The notes under the pieces were generated by a model. That model did not search any database. It was not told the DNA's origin and saw only the letters and a list, made by a program, of their open reading frames with translations. A stretch of 42,684 bases of DNA from Oscillospiraceae bacterium (lineage in GTDB: Bacteria; Actinomycetota; Coriobacteriia; Coriobacteriales; Coriobacteriaceae): NCBI GenBank assembly GCA_963614405.1, contig CAVEDI010000056.1, positions 1-42,684 on the forward strand, read 5' to 3'. This document shows, piece by piece, positions 1-8,662 of this stretch; the first letter of the stretch is position 1; each line of letters starts with the position of its first letter. A program made the translations under genes and the position numbers.

Positions 1-139
1 TCCGCACATGTGCGGATGAATGTGGGAGGTGTTCGGATAAAGTTGATAATCAAGGGACGAGTTGTTTACGCTTCTTTTGGGGTGGCGGTACTATCATGGT
101 TCGAATTGAATGTGGATGATGATAGGGGAGCGCCTATAC

Positions 140-2005
140 ATGATTGAGCTGCTCAGGCGTTTTGGTGGTAAGTTTCGCCGGTATATGGTGATTGGCCCTG
201 CGTGCAAGTTGATCGAAGTAATCTTTGACCTTCTTACGCCGCTGGTGATTGCCCAGATGATCGACAAGGGCATTGGGGCGCACGACGTGAACGCCGTTAT
301 CCACTACGGCATGGTGCTCGCCGCCATGGCCGTGATTGGCATCTCGTTTACGCTCGTCTGCCAAAAGATGGCGGCGCTCACCTCGCAGGGCATGGGCACT
401 GACATTCGCGGCGCACTCTACCAGCACATCAACAAGTTGAGCTATGCCGAACTCGACCGCTTTGGCACGCCGTCGCTTATCACCCGCATCACCAACGACG
501 TCAACCAGGTGCAGCTCGCTGTGGCGCTGGGCGTACGCATGCTCATCCGCTGGCCCTTCTTGGCGGTGGGCTCTATGTGCGCGGCCCTTGCCATCGACCT
601 TAAGCTCGGCATGATCTTTTTGATTTGCACGCCCGTCATTGGCCTGGTGTTTTGGTTTGTCATGGCGCGCTGCATTCCGTACTACAGGCAGCTGCAGGCA
701 AAGCTCGACCGCATCGCGCTCATTTGCCGCGAGGGGCTTTCGGGCGTCCGCGTGGTTCGCGCCTTTGTGCGCGAGGGCCACGAGCGTGAGCGTTTTGCCC
801 AAGCCGCCGATGACCAGGCCAATACCGCCATCGCGGCGGGCAAGCTCTCGTCGGTTCTCAACCCCGTGACGTTTTTGGTGATGAACCTGGGTGTGTGCGC
901 CATCCTGTGGGTGGGCGGCATTCAGGTCAACGTGGGCGAGCTCACGCAGGGCCAGGTCATGGCGTTTGTGAACTACATGACGCAGACCCTGACCTCCATC
1001 GTGTACGTCGCCAACCTGGTCGTGGTCTTTACCAAGGCGAGCGCCAGTGCGTCACGTATCAACGAGGTGCTCAATTGCGTGCCGAGCATCGCTGACGAGG
1101 GCAACCAGCCGGTCGCGCTGCCTGAGCCGAGCGACCTGACGGGTGGCGCTGTTCCGGTCCCTGCGCTGAGCTTTGACCATGCGAGCTTCTCGTTTGGCGC
1201 CGGCGCGGCAAATGCCGTGAGCGATGTGACTCTGGAGCTGCCGGTGGGCAAAACCTTCGGCATTATCGGCGGCACGGGCAGCGGTAAGTCGACCCTCGTT
1301 TCGCTTATCCCGCGCCTGTACGATGCGGGCGTGGGCAGCGTGTACGTGATGGGCTCCGACGTGCGCGCCTGGCAGCTCGACCAGCTGCGCCACGTGGTCG
1401 CGACCGTTCCGCAGCGTGCGTCGCTGGTGAGCGGCACTATCCGCAGCAACCTGACCTGGCGTGACGAGTCGGCGACCGACGAGGAGCTCTGGGCAGCGCT
1501 CGATATGGCGCAAGCGAGCGAGTTCGTGCACAACAAGCCCCAGGGCCTCGACGCCCCGGTCGAGGCGGGCGGCAAGAACTTCAGCGGCGGTCAGCGCCAG
1601 CGCCTGACCATCGCGCGCGCCTTGGTGGGTTCGCCTCAGATATTGATCATGGACGACTCCGCCTCGGCGCTCGACTTTAAGACCGACGCGGCGCTTCGCC
1701 ATGCCATTCGCGAGCGCAGTGTGCGCGGTGCCGCCAAGGGCGGGCTGCCGCTCACGACCGTCATCGTAAGCCAGCGCGTCTCGACCGTGCGCGATGCCGA
1801 CATGATCTGCGTACTCGACCACGGTTCGGTCGCGGGCCTGGGCGCGCACGATGAGCTCTACACGACCTGCCAGCTCTACCGCGAGATTTGCCAGTCGCAG
1901 CTTCGCCGCGAGGAGCTCGAGGGTCAGCAGGGGAGTACGGCGCCCGCGCCCGCCCCAGGCGCCCCGACCGTCCCCACATCCGTCTGCGCAAAGGAGGGCT
2001 GCTAA
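140..2005 (+). CDS. ABC exporter, fused TMD-NBD subunit (heterodimer partner carrying the degenerate ATPase site, TM287-like)
   Basis: N-terminal TM domain. Walker A GGTGSGKS, signature FSGGQ, Walker B MDD (no catalytic Glu) and Q switch (VSQR). Start placed at ATG 140 after RBS GGGGAG. Confidence 0.93.
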   Translation: MIELLRRFGGKFRRYMVIGPACKLIEVIFDLLTPLVIAQMIDKGIGAHDVNAVIHYGMVLAAMAVIGISFTLVCQKMAALTSQGMGTDIRGALYQHINKLSYAELDRFGTPSLITRITNDVNQVQLAVALGVRMLIRWPFLAVGSMCAALAIDLKLGMIFLICTPVIGLVFWFVMARCIPYYRQLQAKLDRIALICREGLSGVRVVRAFVREGHERERFAQAADDQANTAIAAGKLSSVLNPVTFLVMNLGVCAILWVGGIQVNVGELTQGQVMAFVNYMTQTLTSIVYVANLVVVFTKASASASRINEVLNCVPSIADEGNQPVALPEPSDLTGGAVPVPALSFDHASFSFGAGAANAVSDVTLELPVGKTFGIIGGTGSGKSTLVSLIPRLYDAGVGSVYVMGSDVRAWQLDQLRHVVATVPQRASLVSGTIRSNLTWRDESATDEELWAALDMAQASEFVHNKPQGLDAPVEAGGKNFSGGQRQRLTIARALVGSPQILIMDDSASALDFKTDAALRHAIRERSVRGAAKGGLPLTTVIVSQRVSTVRDADMICVLDHGSVAGLGAHDELYTTCQLYREICQSQLRREELEGQQGSTAPAPAPGAPTVPTSVCAKEGC

Positions 2006-3865
2006 ATGAATCCGTACACTTCCTCCGGTTCGGTCGCCACGATGACGGCCAACGTGTCCGGCAACGATAGCCTCAACGACCTGGGAGACGGTCCGCGCCA
2101 GCCCGGCGATCCCGAGCGCTATCCCGTGGGTGCGGTGACCCGCCGCCTGCTGGGCTATGTCCGTCCGCACCGCGTCTCGTTTGCGGCATCGTTTTTGAGT
2201 GCCGCCGTCTCGGTGATTCTGCAGCTCTACACGCCCATTCTCATTGGCGAGGGCATCGACCTTATCGTCGCCGCCGGGCAGGTGGACTTCGATGCGCTGC
2301 TGCCGCTCGTTACCAAGCTCGCGATTGTCGTCGTAGGCGCTGCGGCCTTCCAGTGGCTGCAGGGCTATTGCGTCAACCGCCTGTCCTACGAAACGGTGCG
2401 CGACATGCGCGTGGAGGCGAGCGATAAGCTCAGCCGCATGCCGCTCAGCTTTATCGACAGCCATGCCCACGGCGACCTTATGAGCCGCGTGGTCAACGAC
2501 GTCGACCAGGTGGGCGACGGTCTGCTGCAGGGCTTTACCCAGCTTTTCACCGGCGTTATCACCATTGTGGGCACGCTCGCGTTTATGCTTTCCATCAACC
2601 TGACCATGACGCTCGTGGTGGTGCTCGTCACGCCGCTCTCCATCTTTGCGGCCAGCGCCATTGCCAAGCTTTCCAACAAAAGCTTTACGGCGCAGCAGCG
2701 TATTCAGGGTCAGCTTGGCGGCCATATCGAGGAGTACGTGGGCGAGCAGAAGCTTGTCGACGCCTTTGCCTATGGCTCGAACGCTCAGCAACGCTTCGAT
2801 GCCCTCAATGCCGAGCTCTACACCGCGGGCGAGCGCGCGCAGTTTATGGGTTCGCTCTCCAACCCCGGTACGCGTTTTATCAATAACATCATCTATGCCG
2901 TGGTCGCTGTGATCGGCTGCGTGGGCGTGATCACGGGCGTGCCCGCGGCGCTTACGGTGGGCGGCGTGCAGATCTTCCTGTCCTATGCCAACCAGTACAC
3001 CAAGCCGTTCAACGAGGTCACCAACGTCATTACGCAGATCCAGACCGCGTATGCCTCGGCGCGCCGCATGTTTGCGCTGCTCGATGCGCGCGAGCAGGAG
3101 CCCGACGCTGTGGATGCCGTGGAGCTTGCCGCCCCGCAGGGCGAGGTCGCCTTTGAGCATGTGGACTTTAGCTACGTGCCCGACCGCAAGCTGCTGCAGG
3201 ATATCTGCATCGATACCAAGCCTGGTATGCGCTTTGCCCTGGTCGGCCCCACGGGCTGCGGCAAGACGACGCTCATTAACCTGCTGCTGCGTTTTTACGA
3301 TATCGATGCTGGTCGCATTGTGGTCGACGGCAAGTCTTCGCGAGATTACACGCGCTCGAGTCTGCGGCGTGCCTTTGGCATGGTGCTGCAGGATACGTGG
3401 CTGTTCGAGGGCACGGTGGCGGACAACATCGCTTACGGTTGCCCAGGAGCTACGCGCGAGCAGGTTGTCGAAGCCGCCAAGCGCGCGCACGCGCACAAGT
3501 TTATCGTGCAGTTGCCAGGCGGCTACGATACGGTCATCGGCGAGGACGGCGGCACGTTTAGCCAGGGTCAAAAACAGCTGCTGTGCATCGCGCGTGTCAT
3601 GCTCACCGACCCGGCGATTCTGCTGCTGGACGAGGCGACCTCGAGCATCGATACCCGCACCGAGCTGCAGGTTCAGGCGGCATTCGATGAGCTCATGGCC
3701 GGTCGCACAAGCTTTGTCGTGGCGCACCGCCTGAGCACCATCCGCAACGCCGACTGCATTCTGGTGATGCGCGACGGCCAGATTATCGAGCGCGGCACGC
3801 ACGACGAGCTGCTAGCGGCAGACGGCTTCTACGCCGAGCTCTACCGCAGTCAGTTTGCCCAGTGA
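2006..3865 (+). CDS. ABC exporter, fused TMD-NBD subunit (consensus-site partner, TM288-like)
   Basis: Abuts the previous stop codon. Walker A GPTGCGKT, FSQGQ, LLLDEATSSID, AHR switch. Confidence 0.93.
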   Translation: MNPYTSSGSVATMTANVSGNDSLNDLGDGPRQPGDPERYPVGAVTRRLLGYVRPHRVSFAASFLSAAVSVILQLYTPILIGEGIDLIVAAGQVDFDALLPLVTKLAIVVVGAAAFQWLQGYCVNRLSYETVRDMRVEASDKLSRMPLSFIDSHAHGDLMSRVVNDVDQVGDGLLQGFTQLFTGVITIVGTLAFMLSINLTMTLVVVLVTPLSIFAASAIAKLSNKSFTAQQRIQGQLGGHIEEYVGEQKLVDAFAYGSNAQQRFDALNAELYTAGERAQFMGSLSNPGTRFINNIIYAVVAVIGCVGVITGVPAALTVGGVQIFLSYANQYTKPFNEVTNVITQIQTAYASARRMFALLDAREQEPDAVDAVELAAPQGEVAFEHVDFSYVPDRKLLQDICIDTKPGMRFALVGPTGCGKTTLINLLLRFYDIDAGRIVVDGKSSRDYTRSSLRRAFGMVLQDTWLFEGTVADNIAYGCPGATREQVVEAAKRAHAHKFIVQLPGGYDTVIGEDGGTFSQGQKQLLCIARVMLTDPAILLLDEATSSIDTRTELQVQAAFDELMAGRTSFVVAHRLSTIRNADCILVMRDGQIIERGTHDELLAADGFYAELYRSQFAQ

Positions 3866-3986
3866 GCAAGCCCGTGGGGCAAATTAATCAATCGACAGAC
3901 GGTGGTTTACATCTGTCACGTTAGTACTAAGATATTCATCTAATAAATTGCATTAGTGGCTTTAGTTTTGGGGGATACGAGGCAAC

Positions 3987-4544
3987 GTGACTATGACGTG
4001 CTCTTTGGTGGTTAACAGCAAGAGCGGTAATACCAGGATGGTTTCGGGTGCGATCAAGCGTACGCTGCAGGCTGCGGGTGTTGAGTTTGTCCATGCCGCG
4101 GCGTTGAGCGACGATGCGGATGCAGATCAGGTTGCGCTCGAGGCGCAGGGCGCCTGCGCGGCCGACACGGTGCTCGTCGGTTTTTGGTGCGACAAGGGCG
4201 CGTGCACGCCTTCGGTCGCGACGTTGCTCTCCGCCTTGCACGGTAAGCGCGTGTTCCTGTTTGGCACCTGCGGCTTTGGGGCCGACCAGAGCTACTATCA
4301 GCAGATTATCGACCGCGTAACTTCCAATTTGGCTGGGGATGCCGAGCTTGCGGGCTGGGCGATGTGCCAGGGCAAGATGGGCCCCGCGGTCAAGCAGCGC
4401 TACGAGGCCATGCTCGAGCAAGATCCCGACAACGCCCGATTTAAGATGCTGCTCGACAACTGGGTTGCCGCGAAGGATCACCCCACTAAGGAAGATCTGG
4501 ACAACATGGCTGCAGCCGCCAAAAAGGCCGTTTTGGGCGAGTAG
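3987..4544 (+). CDS. Flavodoxin-family protein (Flavodoxin_3 / BilS-like)
   Basis: FMN phosphate loop SKSGNT, GFWCDKG, VFLFGTCG and C-terminal HP motif. Start is GTG 3987 or ATG 3993. Confidence 0.85.
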   Translation: MTMTCSLVVNSKSGNTRMVSGAIKRTLQAAGVEFVHAAALSDDADADQVALEAQGACAADTVLVGFWCDKGACTPSVATLLSALHGKRVFLFGTCGFGADQSYYQQIIDRVTSNLAGDAELAGWAMCQGKMGPAVKQRYEAMLEQDPDNARFKMLLDNWVAAKDHPTKEDLDNMAAAAKKAVLGE

Positions 4545-4586
4545 CTTCGTCGTTCGCGGTCCTTCGTGCAAAACAATACAAATGTG

Positions 4587-4614
4587 AAAGCCTCGAAATT
4601 CTCGAGGCTTTTTT
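4587..4614 (+). terminator. Rho-independent terminator after flavodoxin
   Basis: AAAGCCTCGA-aattc-TCGAGGCTTT followed by a T run. Confidence 0.8.
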
Positions 4615-4729
4615 CTTGACACTCATAGGCGCAACCGTGGCAAGCGTTTGGGGTGACATTTTCCATCACCACGATGACGAGGCTGTCCTGGATGACACGC
4701 TCTCATGCGTTCGCTGGATGTATTCAGAG

Positions 4730-4868
4730 TGGGACGGGCTTTCCGGATGGATGGGGTTTCGGAAAGTGCGTCCCAGAATTTGCCTTTGGAATGGGATGCA
4801 GTTTCCCAACGGAGCCACAAGCGGAAACTGCATCCCATTCCGGACGTGAATTCTGGGACACGGTTTCC
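4730..4868. repeat. Array A: five 15-bp motifs (consensus TGGGAYRCNGTTTCC) in alternating orientation, 31-bp period
   Basis: Units start at 4730(+), 4761(-), 4792(+), 4823(-), 4854(+). The 16-bp spacers differ. Confidence 0.9.
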
Positions 4869-4955
4869 GGATGCAAAAAAGGCCACAAGACGTGGCCTTC
4901 AACTTATATATGTTCAGCGGATACCCCTATGACAAGCCGCGCTCCAACAACAGGG

Positions 4956-5085
4956 CGTCTGTCCGGGCGGAGGCATATAAGGTTCATCGCGAGTTCCGCA
5001 CGCAAAGAAGGCCACATAACGTGGCCTTCGTCTTGCGCAGGACTGTCCGAGCAGGGAACCTTATATGCCTCCGCCTGGACAGACG
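4956..5085. repeat. 130-bp inverted-repeat (MITE/REPIN-like) element
   Basis: Arms 4956-4985 and 5056-5085 are 29/30 complementary. Central hairpin GAAGGCCAC-N5-GTGGCCTTC. Confidence 0.85.
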
Positions 5086-5112
5086 TTTCAGTTGTGGCTC
5101 AGCAGCTAGCAG

Positions 5113-7413
5113 CTACTTAATCTTGGTCGTACCCGGCGCCAGGTTGGGGTCGGTCTCGTTGGCCTCGGTCTGGAAGTGCTCGGTGTACACGTTCTTGCCG
5201 TCGCGGAACATCTCGTAGTACTGCATCTTGGCGTAATCCTCGCGTGCCTTGGTGACAGCCGCGGCAGCGGCATCGTCACCGGTGACGTTGGAGGAGAGCG
5301 CCCAGCGCAGGCTGGCGTCCTCGTAGCCCACGGAGTTGATGGCGGGCAGCGACTCGCGCAGCGTCATGTGCGCTTTCTGGTAGTCGGTCAGCGGTGCGCC
5401 GATCAGCTGCATCAGCTGGGTGGACAGATAGTTAGTGGACAGGTCGTCGACCTCACTCGTCTGGTTGCAACCGGCAACGTCGTAGTTAGCCCAGATGATG
5501 TAGTCGGTCTGCCACAAGCGCTCTTGGTGGGTGGCGTCGTCTTCGCCGGTAAACCACTTGTCGTTGAACTTGGACGGGAAGAACGGCTGGTGATCGCCCC
5601 AGAACACCACGACCACCTTACGGTCGAGCTTGCTCAGGGCGTTGAGGAAGTAACGCAGCGCCTGGTCGGACTGCTCGATGCACGAGACGTACTCGTCGAC
5701 ATCGGAGAGCGTACCGTCCTCGACGGTCTTGGCGTCCAGATCGGTCGTGTCGATATTCAGGTGCATCTGCTTATCTGCCGGCAGCAGGCCCGTATCGTAG
5801 CCCGAGTGGTTCTGCATGGTCACGTCGAAGATAAACTGCGGATCGGCGTTCTGGTCGAGCAGCTCAAGAATCTTGTTGTAGGTAGCCTGGTCGGTCACCA
5901 TGTCGCGCAGGGTGTCGGCGCCCTGGAAGTCGTTGATGGACAGGAACTGGTCAAAGCCAAAGTCCTTGTAGACGTTCTCGCGGTTCCAGTTGGTTGCGTG
6001 GTTGGGGTGCATGGCCGTGGTGGTGTAGCCGAGCGACTTGAACTGCTCTGCCAGGTTCCCGGTCGTTTCCATGTTGTAGATGGTGTAGGGGTACACGCCC
6101 GAGCCCAGGTTGGCCATGGAGTTGCCGGTCATAAACTCAAACTCGGTATTGGCGGTACCGCCGCCGTAGGCGCTCACATAGAGCTTGCCGCGGCTGAGGC
6201 AGTTGGACAGGTTCTTAAAGTACTGCGGGCCCTCGTAGCCGGCGCGCATGTTCTGGTAGATGGACAGGTCCGAGAAGGTCTCGTTCATGATGGCGATGAC
6301 CGTGGGCTTCTCGCTGTCGAATTGGTCCTTTGCGGCGGCGCGCTCGTCACTCTTGGCTGCGTCGGACTTGTCGTAGGCCTTGGCGTACTTTTTGAGCGTG
6401 GCCTTGGCATCGTCGACGGAGTAGTCGGCGGGTTTGGGCGGCTTGATGGACTGTGCCGCACTAATGAAAGCGGGCAGGTAGCCCTCGCGCCAGTAGCTCT
6501 CGAGCGGGCGCCAGGTGTAGACGGTGATGCCGAGGGTGTTGTAGTAGTCGATAAGCGTGACATGCGCGGTCACACCGCCCAGGCACAGCACCGCCACGAG
6601 CAGATTGGTGAGCAACATGCGCTTGGCGTTGGCGGCACCCTTCTGACGGTGCGGTGCCACCAGGCCGGCGTACTCGCATAGCAGCATGGCGATGGCGGTA
6701 AAGCCCATGGACAGCACGCAGAACAGCGAGATCGAGAAGGTGTAGCCGTTGCCGGCGACCGCGGCGGCGGTGGAGATGGCCGAGAGGTCGCCCGGCTGGA
6801 TGGGCATGGATTTAAACGTGATGACGAAGAACTCGGCAATGCCCAGGACAAAGAGGGCAAAGGCCAGGACCGCGGGAGCCGCGCCGTGGCGCTGTAACAG
6901 GAAGAACAAGCCGGCCATGAGCGTGGTGATGATGGCCCACTCGAGCAGGATGCACAGGGGGTAGACCCAGGTAAAGTCGTGGTTGGACGAGACCTCCATG
7001 CCCAGCAGCGCAAAGAAGCCGGCGAGCAGCAGGCACAGGACGGCGGCGACGAGCGGTTTGCCCACAAAGGCGCCGCGCAGGCGGGCGAGCTTGCCGGTGG
7101 GGGTGGGGGCGTCGGGCTCGGCGAACGCAAAGACGCGCGGGGCGATGCGGTCGCGGGCGATGCTGGCCCAGGCGCAACCGGTGAGAATGGCATTGGTCAG
7201 GATGAGCATCACAAAGGCGAGCGGCTCGTTTTGGGCGACGAGGCCAATGGCGCCCCAAATGGTCAAAAAGAGCTGGAACAGGCCGAAGGCGACGCTCCAC
7301 CCAAGAGCGCTTTTGGCAACGGTGCCCGACTGAGCGCGAATGGCCTTGGCCTCGCGCAAAACAAGGTAGACGGTCGCCGCAAGACCGACGAGCGAGATGG
7401 CGGCTGCGAACAT
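5113..7413 (-). CDS. LTA synthase (LtaS)-like membrane sulfatase / phosphoglycerol transferase family protein
   Basis: Multi-TM N-terminus. Motifs IMNETF, GGTANTEFE (catalytic Thr), HPNHATNWNR, NHSGY, WGDHQP. Start ATG 7413 after RBS GAGGAG. Confidence 0.88.
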   Translation of the reverse strand: MFAAAISLVGLAATVYLVLREAKAIRAQSGTVAKSALGWSVAFGLFQLFLTIWGAIGLVAQNEPLAFVMLILTNAILTGCAWASIARDRIAPRVFAFAEPDAPTPTGKLARLRGAFVGKPLVAAVLCLLLAGFFALLGMEVSSNHDFTWVYPLCILLEWAIITTLMAGLFFLLQRHGAAPAVLAFALFVLGIAEFFVITFKSMPIQPGDLSAISTAAAVAGNGYTFSISLFCVLSMGFTAIAMLLCEYAGLVAPHRQKGAANAKRMLLTNLLVAVLCLGGVTAHVTLIDYYNTLGITVYTWRPLESYWREGYLPAFISAAQSIKPPKPADYSVDDAKATLKKYAKAYDKSDAAKSDERAAAKDQFDSEKPTVIAIMNETFSDLSIYQNMRAGYEGPQYFKNLSNCLSRGKLYVSAYGGGTANTEFEFMTGNSMANLGSGVYPYTIYNMETTGNLAEQFKSLGYTTTAMHPNHATNWNRENVYKDFGFDQFLSINDFQGADTLRDMVTDQATYNKILELLDQNADPQFIFDVTMQNHSGYDTGLLPADKQMHLNIDTTDLDAKTVEDGTLSDVDEYVSCIEQSDQALRYFLNALSKLDRKVVVVFWGDHQPFFPSKFNDKWFTGEDDATHQERLWQTDYIIWANYDVAGCNQTSEVDDLSTNYLSTQLMQLIGAPLTDYQKAHMTLRESLPAINSVGYEDASLRWALSSNVTGDDAAAAAVTKAREDYAKMQYYEMFRDGKNVYTEHFQTEANETDPNLAPGTTKIK

Positions 7414-7627
7414 GCTGAGACTCCTCACAAACTTAAAACCTACGAAAGCGGGGGTTTACCCGATTGTTACCAAGATATGCGCTGCAATTGGTGACTGCGC
7501 ACAACAACCAGCCATATTAACGCGCACGTGTGGCGGTGTGGCGCAATGTAGTGGCGACCTGCGCGATAATGGACGGGAATTACACGGAAACGTAAAGGCT
7601 TCTTAAAGAATTGGCGAGGATAGAGCT

Positions 7628-8503
7628 ATGGGCGAGCAGGTTTGTATGACGGGTGCCGAGCACTGCGGCGGAGCTGCGGGCGTGGATACGAACGGCTACC
7701 CGGTCGAGACCACGGGCAATGCGGTGCTGGACATCTTGGAGCATCGCTCGTCTACGCGTGCCTTCGCGCGTGATGACGACGACCGTCCCGTGGCGGTGAC
7801 CGACGAGCAGCGGGCGGCGATTCTGCACGCGGCGAGCCGTGCGCCGTCGGCAGGCGCCATGATGATGTATTCCATCGTGAGTATCCGCGAGCAGGCTACG
7901 CTCGACCGCCTGGCCGACCTGTGCGACCATCAGCCCATGATCGCCAAGGCGCCCTGGGCACTCATATTTGTGGTCGATTATGCCAAGTGGATCGATCTGT
8001 TTGAGCACGTGGGCTGCTTTGAGCCCGAGTTTGTCGAGCGCACGGGTAAGGCGCCCCGCCGCGCGCCGGGTTTGGGTGACTTTGCCATCGCGGCCCAGGA
8101 CGCCGTGATCGCCGCGCAAAACGCCGTGGTGGCCGCCGAGGCCCTGGGCCTGGGGAGCTGCTATATCGGTGATATCGTCGAGAATGCCGAGGAAGTTGCC
8201 GAGCTGCTCGATCTGCCGCCCTATACCATGCCGTTGTCGATGCTCATCATCGGCACGCCCCGTAAGGAGCGTCCGGCCATTGCGCATCCCGTGGTGAACC
8301 TGGTGCACGAGGAGCGCTACTGCCGCGCCGATGCCACGACTATGGATGCTCAGGTGGCCGAGATGGATGCGATGTTCCGTCCGCACGCCCGCGAGGTGGG
8401 CGAGCGCGTGGTGGATATCTACACCCGCAAGCACACGAGTCCCTTTATGGCCGAGATGAGCCGATCCATGGAATGGTGGTTCAAAAACTGGCTTGGAAAA
8501 TGA
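7628..8503 (+). CDS. Nitroreductase family (NfsA/FRP-like) flavin oxidoreductase
   Basis: Motifs HRSSTRAF, RAPSAG, QPMIAKAP, DAVIAAQN..AAEALGLGSCYIG. Confidence 0.9.
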   Translation: MGEQVCMTGAEHCGGAAGVDTNGYPVETTGNAVLDILEHRSSTRAFARDDDDRPVAVTDEQRAAILHAASRAPSAGAMMMYSIVSIREQATLDRLADLCDHQPMIAKAPWALIFVVDYAKWIDLFEHVGCFEPEFVERTGKAPRRAPGLGDFAIAAQDAVIAAQNAVVAAEALGLGSCYIGDIVENAEEVAELLDLPPYTMPLSMLIIGTPRKERPAIAHPVVNLVHEERYCRADATTMDAQVAEMDAMFRPHAREVGERVVDIYTRKHTSPFMAEMSRSMEWWFKNWLGK

Positions 8504-8504
8504 C

Positions 8505-8539
8505 GAATGTGACAAAGGGACAATCCCTTTGTCACATTC
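8505..8539. repeat. Palindromic REP-like element, copy 1 (TGTGACAAAGG-N7-CCTTTGTCACA)
   Basis: 16-bp perfect stem with CAA loop, 1 nt after the nitroreductase stop. Confidence 0.9.
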
Positions 8540-8662
8540 CATATCGCGGCGGTGGCCTAAAGGCCGTATAAATGTTTATTTAGCTGGGAAAACGGTGCCG
8601 TGCAAGCGCAGGTCGATTACCTATAATTCCTTCGAACATTAAAGTTGGGAGGAAACCGGCTT

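Noticed and set aside
1..16. Perfect palindrome TCCGCACATGTGCGGA at the window edge
   Set aside because: Context is truncated and there is no second copy in the window.
1052..3802. 916-aa - strand ORF, and similar long ORFs at 8690-10996, 13442-15664, 5176-6681, 22019-23707 and 30834-32186
   Set aside because: All lie antisense to well-supported genes and have no recognisable domains.
4730..4868. CRISPR interpretation of the periodic arrays (also 29824-29993 and 36178-36260)
   Set aside because: Repeats are only 15-17 bp and degenerate, spacers are about 16 bp, orientation alternates in two of the arrays, and no cas genes are present.
4616..5218. Short ORFs over the repeat arrays, with similar peptides also at 29755-30134
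   Set aside because: The peptide similarity is a by-product of the DNA repeat. The 31-bp period is not a multiple of three and there is no RBS.
8508..8536. CRP site reading of TGTGA...TCACA
   Set aside because: Half-sites are 19 bp apart rather than 6, and the copies sit after stop codons.
8540..8662. c-di-AMP (ydaO) riboswitch upstream of kup
   Set aside because: The leader is short and I cannot see the conserved ydaO motifs.
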